From a virus (Duplodnaviria; Caudoviricetes), in the IMG/VR virus record IMGVR_UViG_3300020045_012307, positions 1 to 37,321 of that record: 37,321 bases of DNA; one strand, given 5' to 3'. Positions within the stretch are counted from its first letter, which is position 1, and each line of letters opens with the position of its first letter. Below, piece by piece: positions 8,046 through 15,808 of the stretch. The position numbers and the translations under genes were made by a program. The notes beneath the pieces are model-generated. The model was given only the letters and a program-made list of their open reading frames with translations. It had not been told where the DNA came from and did no database searches.

Positions 8046-8728
8046 TTAGATGCCAAGCGTGTGGAGCAACGGCTTCACTGGATGTCTTGATTGAAGATGC
8101 GGCGGCGGCTTCGGCGTTGAGTATGGCGTTAAAGTTGTCGGGAACGGGTCGGGCAGTGCTTAAGTATTTGGGGCTGTTTAGACCTGAAAAACGAGCGTTG
8201 AGCATGGCACGGGTAGCGGTTATTTTGGGTGAACTGAACCCGATGATTGAAGCGGGGCGCATAGAGCGCAACGGTGCGACTTATGCGGTAACGCCTGTCA
8301 TTTTTGAGCGGTCGTTGGAAAAGGTGGTGCAAATGCGTGACCTTGGCAAGTTAGCGACCCCGCTTAAGTCACATGGCTATTTGCTGGAGATTATCGTCAC
8401 TGAGTTGGCGAAAGTCGAGGCGGACAAAGTCGCACGCGGGGCGGCAAAGAAGGTGGCTGACAATCAAACGGTCGATAACCTTGTTGCTGAGTCCAGAAAA
8501 CGGGCGGATGAAAAGAACCAGCCTAAAGCCGCCCCTGTCCCGATTCCTCCTGAGTGGAAGGCGCAGTTTTCAGGCTTGCTGAAAAAAGCAGCGACATCGG
8601 CACCACTGACAGCTGAAGAAAAGGCTGAACAGATCAAACGACTTAAATCAGTGACGACATCAATGAGTGCAGAAGAGAAAGCACAGCTCGAAAAGTTCCG
8701 TGCTGAACGCGGTGAGTTTGCGCTGTAA
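8039..8728 (+). CDS. Conserved Mu-like prophage protein (N-terminal CxxCG)
   Basis: RCQACGATASLD.L, YLGLFRPEKRAL and PLKSHGYLLEI motifs, typical of Mu-like early regions. Confidence 0.75.
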   Translation: MLIRCQACGATASLDVLIEDAAAASALSMALKLSGTGRAVLKYLGLFRPEKRALSMARVAVILGELNPMIEAGRIERNGATYAVTPVIFERSLEKVVQMRDLGKLATPLKSHGYLLEIIVTELAKVEADKVARGAAKKVADNQTVDNLVAESRKRADEKNQPKAAPVPIPPEWKAQFSGLLKKAATSAPLTAEEKAEQIKRLKSVTTSMSAEEKAQLEKFRAERGEFAL

Positions 8729-8743
8729 ATACAACCATTATGA

Positions 8744-8776
8744 AGACCTGCGAGGTTTTTAAAACCTCGCAGGTCT
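8744..8776. repeat. Perfect 33-bp palindrome (REP/MITE-like)
   Basis: AGACCTGCGAGGTTTT-T-AAAACCTCGCAGGTCT. Confidence 0.85.
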
Positions 8777-8799
8777 ACTCTAACCCAATAGGGAAAACC

Positions 8800-9477
8800 A
8801 TGAATATTAAAGACAGTTTTAAAAAAATCCGCGCTATTTTTGACAAGAACGATGCCACTATCATTTTAAAAATGGATGAAAAGCCGATGTTAGTCGATGC
8901 GAAAGGTCGCCATTGCCCCCTGCATTCAATTCGCCCTACTGATTTAGCTCGTCATGACATTGTGGTTGATCGTCTGGCAGCGGCAAAAGTCTTGTGTGGT
9001 TTGTTGCAAGAATTTAAAGAACAAACCTTTGCCGATGTGAACGCCTTTATTGACCTCAGTGCCAGTGAATACAATGTAAAAATGGGCGGGGTGAAGGGTA
9101 ATTTGCAACTGATTAATTATGATGAAACCCTCAAATTGCGCATTGCCGTTGCTGACCGTATCGTATTTGACGAACGCTTACAAATCGCTAAGCAGTTATT
9201 TGATGAGCTGATTGCCGAACACAGCGAAGGGCTAGATGATGTCATTACCGCCTTGATTGAGCAGGTCTTTAAAGTCGATAAGGCGGGCAAGATTGATACT
9301 AAAAAGGTGCTGGAATTACGGCGGTATAACATCAAACACCCAAAGTGGGTACAGGCAATGGAAGCGATTAACGACAGTATTAAAGTGGTGGGCAGTAAAT
9401 CATATATTCAAATGTATGAACGTGAGAATGCCAATGAAGATTGGCAAGCGGTTAGTTTAGATTTGGCGAAGGTGTAG
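8800..9477 (+). CDS. DUF3164-family protein of Mu-like phages
   Basis: DAKGR..P...I...D..R, GG.KGN..L, FDERLQ.AK.L.DE, F.VDK.G.I, W..AM.AI.DS....GSK.Y...YER, LDLA. Confidence 0.85.
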   Translation: MNIKDSFKKIRAIFDKNDATIILKMDEKPMLVDAKGRHCPLHSIRPTDLARHDIVVDRLAAAKVLCGLLQEFKEQTFADVNAFIDLSASEYNVKMGGVKGNLQLINYDETLKLRIAVADRIVFDERLQIAKQLFDELIAEHSEGLDDVITALIEQVFKVDKAGKIDTKKVLELRRYNIKHPKWVQAMEAINDSIKVVGSKSYIQMYERENANEDWQAVSLDLAKV

Positions 9478-9479
9478 TT

Positions 9480-10178
9480 ATGAGCGACCAAAAAGAACTT
9501 AAGCGCATTGCTGGAAAGATTGCAAAATGTTTGGCTCTAGCTAACTCCAGCAATCCAGCCGAAGCAGAAACCGCTAAACGGCAGGCTGATGCGTTAATGC
9601 GCAAATATAGCTTATCAGTTGCCGATGTCGGTGCAGCGCAGGTGCGTGAAGTTAGTAGTAAAAAACTTAAAAAAACCAGTCGCCAACCTATCTATCTCAG
9701 TCAGTTAGCCGCTGTGATTGCCGAAGCGTTTGGCTGTAAAGGTATCTCTACCTCAGGTTGTAACCAATACACATCGTTTTTAGGTTTTGGCAGCAAACCC
9801 GAACTCGCTAGTTATGTGTTTGATGTGTTACGCCATCAAATCAATCGTGACCGCAATGCGTATAAAAAAACACTCAGCCGTTACAAAACCAGCAATCAAA
9901 CCAAGTTGTGTAATGTCTTTTGTGAAGGCTGGGTTACTAAAGTAGCGCGGCAAGTACGGGGATTTTCAGGCACAGCACAAGAAGATGCCGCCATTGAAGC
10001 TTACAAGGCTAAAGAGTATGCGGATGCAAAAGACGATGCCCGTAAACCCAATTATGACGGTATCAATCAGACGGGGGTGGTCAAGGCGATGGTAGCAGGA
10101 CAGCAAGCTGCTCAAAACGTCTCACTGTTTCATCCTATCAGTGGAAAATCCGCTAATCAAATCAGTTTGTTGGATTAA
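9480..10178 (+). CDS. DUF2786-domain protein
   Basis: KIAKCLALA.S.NP.EA..A..QA..LM.KY N-terminus; F..GW. Confidence 0.85.
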   Translation: MSDQKELKRIAGKIAKCLALANSSNPAEAETAKRQADALMRKYSLSVADVGAAQVREVSSKKLKKTSRQPIYLSQLAAVIAEAFGCKGISTSGCNQYTSFLGFGSKPELASYVFDVLRHQINRDRNAYKKTLSRYKTSNQTKLCNVFCEGWVTKVARQVRGFSGTAQEDAAIEAYKAKEYADAKDDARKPNYDGINQTGVVKAMVAGQQAAQNVSLFHPISGKSANQISLLD

Positions 10179-10187
10179 AAATAAGCA

Positions 10188-10240
10188 TTGTAGGGTGGGC
10201 AACGCTCTTTTGCCCACCATTTATCGATAATCACGGTGGG
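10188..10240 (+). repeat. GTAG-family REP hairpin plus truncated second arm
   Basis: TTGTAGGGTGGGCAACGCTCTTTTGCCCACCATTT is identical to 11791-11825; followed by CGGTGGG just before the ATG at 10249. Confidence 0.85.
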
Positions 10241-10248
10241 AAACTAGA

Positions 10249-10566
10249 ATGCCTTGTTATCCGCAATACGATGAAAAAAGAAATCATATCGGTTTTCTAT
10301 GTGGAAAACTTGGAAAGCCTTGTCCTGAATGTGGAGATGTAGCCGATTTCTTATGTGATTATCCCGTAGGGAAGAATAAAACCTGCAATCGAATACTCTG
10401 TGATTTTCATGCGAATGAAGTTGCCCCAGACATTCATTACTGCCCATCCCATTATGAAAAATGGCAGGAATTTGTAAAAAATGGTGGTGTTGAAAAAGTG
10501 TTAGAAAATGTTATTCCCTATAAAAAACAGGTCGAGCAAATCGATTTATTTAGTTTACTGGATTAA
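10249..10566 (+). CDS. Small Cys/His-rich (Zn-finger-like) protein
   Basis: CPEC, FLCDYP, TC.R.LC..H and YCP.H; AT-rich. Confidence 0.7.
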   Translation: MPCYPQYDEKRNHIGFLCGKLGKPCPECGDVADFLCDYPVGKNKTCNRILCDFHANEVAPDIHYCPSHYEKWQEFVKNGGVEKVLENVIPYKKQVEQIDLFSLLD

Positions 10567-10568
10567 TC

Positions 10569-10730
10569 ATGGCAATCAAACCAGAAACACCTGAATCATT
10601 AAGATTAAAGGCTAGACAGATTAAAAATAAGGCAGAAAAAATACAATATAACGGAAAAAGATATATCGAATTAATGAAACAAGTGTGGGCTTTAAATACA
10701 CAAGCCGCTAATTTAGAGGAGCAAAGGTAA
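10569..10730 (+). CDS. Small basic hypothetical protein (53 aa, not in ORF track)
   Basis: ATG 10569 to TAA 10730, MAIKPETPESLRLKARQIK...LEEQR; fills the gap between neighbouring genes exactly. Confidence 0.55.
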   Translation: MAIKPETPESLRLKARQIKNKAEKIQYNGKRYIELMKQVWALNTQAANLEEQR

Positions 10731-10732
10731 TC

Positions 10733-11146
10733 ATGGCAATTAAAAAAATAATCTACGGTAATACCGATCCTTACCGTAACAAAGAGCTGGCTAAAATCCA
10801 CGCTCTGAAAAAGAACTTGAGGCTGGATGATGATACTTATCGGGCGATGTTGGTGGGTCACACGGGGCTAAATTCAGCGGCGCAACTGAACCGCTACCAA
10901 CGGCTGGATGTCATCAAGTATTTGCAAACCCAACTGGGTAAGACCATGCACGAAGGTAAACCCCACAACACGGACAGCAACGGACAGTTGCAAAAGATTG
11001 AAGCCCTGTTGACCGTGCAGAAGAAAGAATGGGCGTATGCTCATGCCATTGCTAAACGGATGTACAAAAAAGAGAATTTAACCTTTTGTACGCCGTTTGA
11101 GTTACGCGGGGTGATTGCGGCGTTGGTGAAGGCTGGGGAAAAGTAA
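10733..11146 (+). CDS. gemA: GemA / Mu gp16 (DUF1018) family protein
   Basis: LAKIH..KK.L.LDDDTYR.ML...TG..S...L and KIEAL......W.YA...AKRM. Confidence 0.88.
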   Translation: MAIKKIIYGNTDPYRNKELAKIHALKKNLRLDDDTYRAMLVGHTGLNSAAQLNRYQRLDVIKYLQTQLGKTMHEGKPHNTDSNGQLQKIEALLTVQKKEWAYAHAIAKRMYKKENLTFCTPFELRGVIAALVKAGEK

Positions 11147-11541
11147 TGCGGTTTCAGCGTTTACCTGCTCTTGAGTTTACGGATTCAAAACAAAAACGGT
11201 CAGCTTATTTACGCAAAGTTAAGCGGATAAAAGAACAGTATCCATTGCTTGATTTGGTTGGTGAATTAGAATTCGACGATGTTGATACAGAGATGACGGC
11301 TAGGCAATGTGCATGGAATGCTGCAACTATTAATGAGATGAAAGTAAGGGCTATGGAGTGGTTAACCGCGCGTAAGAAAATGCGTGAACACCCTCGAAGT
11401 GCTGAGATTTATGCGTACTGGCAAAGCAGGAAATCAGCCCCAGTGCCTGTCTATCTGCATGACCTGATTAGAAACTTTGAGCGGTATTATGCAACATGGC
11501 TTGAATACCAAGCAAAGAAAGCAAGCTGGAATAAATTGTAG
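11146..11541 (+). CDS. Hypothetical protein
   Basis: TAATG-coupled to gemA; 131 aa. Confidence 0.65.
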   Translation: MRFQRLPALEFTDSKQKRSAYLRKVKRIKEQYPLLDLVGELEFDDVDTEMTARQCAWNAATINEMKVRAMEWLTARKKMREHPRSAEIYAYWQSRKSAPVPVYLHDLIRNFERYYATWLEYQAKKASWNKL

Positions 11542-11548
11542 TATAAAT

Positions 11549-11577
11549 GGTGGGCAGAAAAACGCTGCCCACCCTAC
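11549..11577 (-). repeat. GTAG-family REP hairpin, inverted orientation
   Basis: GGTGGGCAGAAAAACGCTGCCCACCCTAC, whose reverse complement starts GTAGGGTGGGCA. Confidence 0.8.
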
Positions 11578-11609
11578 GGATTTCATAAAAAATACTGAGG
11601 GTAGTCTTA

Positions 11610-11789
11610 GTGAAAACGTTTTATTTTACTCGGTTGATGAAAATAACAAGCGGTGGTGGTGTTTATGTTTTAGCTGCTAATGAAAAAGAGGCAATATTTC
11701 ATATAAGAAAGCATTACCCACTTCGGACCAAAAACCTGAGTGATGATGCTATTTCAGCTCTGCTTGATTCTGAGCCAGCTAAAAAATAA
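11610..11789 (+). CDS. Small hypothetical protein (59 aa, GTG start, not in ORF track)
   Basis: GAGGG RBS, GTG 11610 to TAA 11789 (MKTFYFTRLMKITSGGGVYVLAANEKEA...); lies between two REP copies. Confidence 0.5.
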   Translation: MKTFYFTRLMKITSGGGVYVLAANEKEAIFHIRKHYPLRTKNLSDDAISALLDSEPAKK

Positions 11790-11790
11790 G

Positions 11791-11844
11791 TTGTAGGGTG
11801 GGCAACGCTCTTTTGCCCACCATTTTTATCGTATAAACGGTGGG
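11791..11844 (+). repeat. GTAG-family REP hairpin plus truncated second arm
   Basis: 35 bp identical to 10188-10222, then CGGTGGG before the ATG at 11849. Confidence 0.85.
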
Positions 11845-11848
11845 GTTA

Positions 11849-12061
11849 ATGAAACGTAAAATAACATTGTGGGAAAAGAAAAATAGTAAAATAATAGTCG
11901 TTGCTTATCCAGATGATTGGAATAATGAAAGATTAAAGAATGAAATACATAAAGCTGTTGATGATTTGTCATCTATTAACATCAAAGGTAAATCTGATGA
12001 TTTTCCTGATTTAGAATTTGATGATGATGGAGTGTGTTTATCTTTTGCGCACCTAAATTGA
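11849..12061 (+). CDS. Small AT-rich hypothetical protein with acidic C-terminus
   Basis: ATG 11849; ends just before the terminator. Confidence 0.55.
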   Translation: MKRKITLWEKKNSKIIVVAYPDDWNNERLKNEIHKAVDDLSSINIKGKSDDFPDLEFDDDGVCLSFAHLN

Positions 12062-12088
12062 CTGATTATGTTTATCGTTAACTAAATG

Positions 12089-12119
12089 AAAGGGCAGTCT
12101 TCGCACTGCCCTTTTTTTT
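12089..12119 (+). terminator. Rho-independent terminator ending the early operon
   Basis: AAAGGGCAGT-CTTCGC-ACTGCCC followed by a T8 run. Confidence 0.85.
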
Positions 12120-12273
12120 GCCTGAACATACCGCCTTATTGTCCCGCTATTGTCCCATTTATTAAATGATGGCTTATAAGCCAATAAAACCAAGTTACAA
12201 CAGCTGATTGTTAGTCTGTTGTAGTGGGTTTTTTGGTATAATAATGCACCTGTCATCCTCACTGGAAACGACT

Positions 12274-12699
12274 ATGTTAGAACCTGCCAAGCTCCCTATT
12301 GAATACCTGCCTGCTAGTATCAAAGAATTATTGATGGTGTTGGATACGCCTACTGTTTACGCTTTAATTGCTGAATATGGCGGTACCCGTTTGTGTGTAC
12401 CGAAAGTTGCCAGTGACGATCATGAGCTGGTTGCGCTGATTGGCTTTGGTGGCTTGGTGAATTTGTGTCATTTATTCGGCGGTGAAGTGTTTGATTGTCC
12501 ACGCTGTTTAAAAGCGTTAAATGTGTTGCGTGATAACGAGATTTTAGCAGGGAAGCGGTCGGGTTTAACGCTGGCGCAGTTGGCTAGAAAGTACACACTA
12601 ACGGAGCGTGGCATTAGTAAGGTTTTACGGCGTGTTGAAAAACAAGAATATGAACAGCGGGCGCAATACTCGCAGACTGATTGGTTGATGGCATCTTAA
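12274..12699 (+). CDS. Mor/C-family transcription activator
   Basis: LP.....L...YGGTRL.VP, FGGE....PRC......RD..I, LARKY.LTER.I..VL. Confidence 0.85.
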   Translation: MLEPAKLPIEYLPASIKELLMVLDTPTVYALIAEYGGTRLCVPKVASDDHELVALIGFGGLVNLCHLFGGEVFDCPRCLKALNVLRDNEILAGKRSGLTLAQLARKYTLTERGISKVLRRVEKQEYEQRAQYSQTDWLMAS

Positions 12700-12725
12700 A
12701 CTGATAGCTGAAGCGATTGAACGCC

Positions 12726-12771
12726 TGCTGAACCCCTTCAACAATAACCCCCGCACCTTGCTCGGTATGAT
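12726..12771 (+). promoter_or_regulatory. Putative activator-dependent late promoter 1
   Basis: TGCTGAACcccTTCAACAATA, with TATGAT 25 bp after TTCA; same architecture at 18498-18543. Confidence 0.7.
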
Positions 12772-12801
12772 GATGTAAACATCATCCTACCGAGACCGCC
12801 G

Positions 12802-13050
12802 ATGACCGACCCTACTGATACGCATGACTCCCTCACCATCGACGATAAGCCGTGGTGGCAATCCAAAACTATTCTCGCGGCTTGTGTGGCTATGTTGCCG
12901 CCCTTAGCAAAACTGCTAGGGCTGGATATGGGTGATATTACGCCTTATACCGCCGACCTTATTACTATCATAGGGGCAGTATTCGCCATTATTGGGCGAC
13001 GAGCTGCTACTGTGCCCATTAAAAAAAGGACTCCCCGCAATGGATTATGA
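12802..13050 (+). CDS. Small two-TM membrane protein (holin-like)
   Basis: KPWWQSKTI motif, two hydrophobic segments and a basic C-terminus; first gene of the late operon. Confidence 0.6.
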   Translation: MTDPTDTHDSLTIDDKPWWQSKTILAACVAMLPPLAKLLGLDMGDITPYTADLITIIGAVFAIIGRRAATVPIKKRTPRNGL

Positions 13051-13372
13051 TCTGTTAAAAATAGGCGCGACGGTTATTAATATGGTCGTCAATATCGGTC
13101 TGTTTATCTTCGCCCTGAGCATTAAAAAAAGCCAAGCGACAACGCAATCCATTAAAGATTTAGAGACGGCAGTGAATAAAAAGCTGGAGGATAAGTGTTT
13201 GCGAATCTCAAGAGTAGAAGCCGATATTAGTTCTATTCCGCGCCGTGATGAGCTGATTCGCTTACACCAACGTATTGATGGCGTAATTGAATGTGGTAAT
13301 ACCACTAATTTATTGATCGGTCAGTTATTGGGGCAGATCAAGCAAATGAATAATAAGCAGGCTAGCGAATGA
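13040..13372 (+). CDS. DUF2730 / Mu gp25-like membrane-anchored coiled-coil protein
   Basis: N-terminal TM segment, RISRVE..I..IP...EL..L; precedes the gp26-like gene. Confidence 0.65.
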   Translation: MDYDLLKIGATVINMVVNIGLFIFALSIKKSQATTQSIKDLETAVNKKLEDKCLRISRVEADISSIPRRDELIRLHQRIDGVIECGNTTNLLIGQLLGQIKQMNNKQASE

Positions 13373-13668
13373 TGACTCAGACTGATTTGATTGCCGAAGA
13401 CCGACGTTTGCATATTTTGATGTGCTTGAAAACATCCTCAGATTATCGGTTAAGTGATGTGCTGTTACAGGCAATGCTGAGGCGCATTGGTTTAGCGGCT
13501 TCATTATCTGTGATTGATGGTGATTTGTCATGGCTAGAAGCCCAAGGCTTAGTCGTGGTTGAAGAGTTGGGTGAATGCACGTTGGCATTGTTGCGTAGTG
13601 AAGGCGTAGATGTCGCTGAGGGTGTGGCACATCGGCGTGGTATTGCTAAGCCTAGACCTGTGAATTAA
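13369..13668 (+). CDS. Mu gp26-like winged-helix protein
   Basis: EDRRL.IL..L, DL.WL..QGLV, G.DVA.G.....GI.KP.P. Confidence 0.8.
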   Translation: MMTQTDLIAEDRRLHILMCLKTSSDYRLSDVLLQAMLRRIGLAASLSVIDGDLSWLEAQGLVVVEELGECTLALLRSEGVDVAEGVAHRRGIAKPRPVN

Positions 13669-13670
13669 TC

Positions 13671-14249
13671 ATGGCTAGAAAATCCTCTATTGAAAAACTG
13701 CCCGAAGACATACTGGCAACCTTGCAAGCGTTATTGCTTGATCCGCGTATAACGCAATTGCAAGTCACGCATGAAATCAATGCGCTGTTAGTAGAGCAAG
13801 GCGAACCGACGATTAGTAAATCAGCAGTCGGTCGGTATGCCATTACTTTTGAAGAGCTAACAGCGGAAGCGGTAGAAACCGAGCGGGTCTCTGAGCTAAT
13901 GATTAAAGAGTTGAAAATCAATAATCAAAGTGCAGTCGGACAGGCAACAGCTGAAATGTTGCGCGTTATGCTGTTTAGAGTGATGCCCGTGCTTAAGTCT
14001 GCGATGACGGGCGAACTTGATTTGACCGCCTTGAAAGATGTCACGGGTATGATTAATACCTTAGCCACTAGCCATGAAAAGTTAGAGCGGTCGGCGACTG
14101 AGAACGAAAAGCGCAAGCGTGATATTGAGCGGCATACTAAAGAAGAAGCCGCCGCGATGATTGGTGATGCAGTTAAAAAAGCAGGGTTATCTGATGAGGA
14201 TTGGGCGGCAATTCGCGCTAATTTCTTAGGCGTTGAGGTGCAAGTGTGA
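13671..14249 (+). CDS. Mu gp27-like (DUF3486) putative terminase small subunit
   Basis: MARKSSIEKLP, ISKSAVGRY, GLS......IR...LG. Confidence 0.85.
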   Translation: MARKSSIEKLPEDILATLQALLLDPRITQLQVTHEINALLVEQGEPTISKSAVGRYAITFEELTAEAVETERVSELMIKELKINNQSAVGQATAEMLRVMLFRVMPVLKSAMTGELDLTALKDVTGMINTLATSHEKLERSATENEKRKRDIERHTKEEAAAMIGDAVKKAGLSDEDWAAIRANFLGVEVQV

Positions 14250-15808
14250 GCGATGCGGTAACAGTTGAACCTGTTGACGTGTCAGCGGGTGAAAAAAAGG
14301 ATTTGCTCGATCTAGTGCAAGAACAGCAATCACTCCGTGCAACACGCAAATTATCCCTTGCTGAAGTGCCAAAGATTTTAATGCCTGCACAAATCCGTTG
14401 GCAAGCTGATCGCGCTAGTGTTCGGCTTGGTGAAAAGTCGCGCCGTATTGGTTTTTCGTGGAATGTTGCGTCCGAGGGTGCATTAGAAGCGGCGGCGATG
14501 AATGGCATGAATCAGTATTACATGGGCTATAACATGGGTATGGCAGCTGAGAATATTGGTGACGCGCTGTTGTTTGCTCAGGTTTATGGTGCTATGTGTT
14601 CGGCGATTGATATTAGCCGAGAGCGTGAGGTGATTGGCGAACGCAAGCAGGATATAACGAAGTTTAGGCTTAAATTTGCCAGTGGGCATATTTATGAAGC
14701 GTTATCGTCATCACCGTGGAACTGGCGGGGTCGTCAAGGTCATGCGATTATTGATGAGGCAGCGTTTCATCGGGATTTACAGGAAGTGATTAAGGGCGCG
14801 ATGGCGTTCTTAATGTGGGGCGGTCATGTGTCGATTATCTCTACGCATAACTCAGAAGAGAATTATTTCTTTGAATTAATCCGTGAAGTAAAGGCAGGTA
14901 AATTGCCAACGTGGAGTCATCATTATGTTGATTTTGACCAAGCGATTAGAGAGGGATTTTATAAGCGTATTTGTTTGGTGACTGGCAAGGTTTGGACATT
15001 AGAAGCTGAACAGAAATGGCGTGATGAGCAGTATGCCAGTTATCCCAGTCAAGATGATGCGAACGAAGAATTAGGTTGTATTCCGAAGAAAGGCAGCGGG
15101 GCATATTTCACCCGCTTATTGCTTGAACAGTGCATGATTGATGATGTGCCTGTTGTACGCTGGTCAAAATCGGCAGAGTGGGTCACTTGCCCAACGCGCA
15201 TAGATGAAGCTAAGAAATGGATTATCGATGTGTTAAAGCCTGTAGTGGATAACATGACAGGACACCGTACTGTCTATGGGCAGGATTTTGGGCGGGTAGT
15301 GGATTTATCAGATATTTGGTTGATGCAGGAGCGTGAATCTAACCGCTGGACAATGGCGGCAATGATTGAATTGCGCAATATCCCGTTTGATGTACAAGCC
15401 TTGATTCGTGACTATTTATTGGATGAAGTACCGTTATTACATCATGCTGCGTTTGATAGTGGTGGTAATGGGGGCAGTCATGCCGAAGGCGCGTTACAGG
15501 TGCATGGCTCACAAAAAATTAGCTGTATCAAAATTACCTCACAATTCTATGCCGAATATTTCCCTCGTTATCGACAGATTTATGAAGACCGCTCATTTTT
15601 GATTGCACGGTCGGAAGATATTATTGCCGATCATCGTAATGTGATTGTGACTAAAGGTCGCCCTGGTATGAGTGATAAGCGCGTTAAAGGTGAAGATGGT
15701 GAATACCGTCATGGTGATAGTGCCATTGGTGGACTCATGGCTTATGTGGCTACACAGGCAGAAGTGAGTTATGAAAGTTATCAACCTCTTAAATTGAACT
15801 GGCTATGA
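14246..15808 (+). CDS. Terminase large subunit (Mu gp28-like)
   Basis: EKSRRIGFSW, RG.QG..IIDEAAFH, IISTHN...N.F, GQDFGR..D, HGDSA. Confidence 0.92.
   Translation: MSDAVTVEPVDVSAGEKKDLLDLVQEQQSLRATRKLSLAEVPKILMPAQIRWQADRASVRLGEKSRRIGFSWNVASEGALEAAAMNGMNQYYMGYNMGMAAENIGDALLFAQVYGAMCSAIDISREREVIGERKQDITKFRLKFASGHIYEALSSSPWNWRGRQGHAIIDEAAFHRDLQEVIKGAMAFLMWGGHVSIISTHNSEENYFFELIREVKAGKLPTWSHHYVDFDQAIREGFYKRICLVTGKVWTLEAEQKWRDEQYASYPSQDDANEELGCIPKKGSGAYFTRLLLEQCMIDDVPVVRWSKSAEWVTCPTRIDEAKKWIIDVLKPVVDNMTGHRTVYGQDFGRVVDLSDIWLMQERESNRWTMAAMIELRNIPFDVQALIRDYLLDEVPLLHHAAFDSGGNGGSHAEGALQVHGSQKISCIKITSQFYAEYFPRYRQIYEDRSFLIARSEDIIADHRNVIVTKGRPGMSDKRVKGEDGEYRHGDSAIGGLMAYVATQAEVSYESYQPLKLNWL

Noticed and set aside
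8740-8799. N-terminal extension MKTCEVFKTSQV of the DUF3164 protein
   Set aside because: Encoded by the palindrome with no clear RBS; ATG 8800 follows a purine-rich AGGGAAAA.
11477-11680. 67-aa ORF from the track
   Set aside because: Overlaps the previous gene and reads through a REP; the GTG-start ORF 11610-11789 with an RBS fits better.
10188-11844. CRISPR array
   Set aside because: Copies are hundreds of bp apart, in mixed orientation and separated by ORFs; no cas genes.
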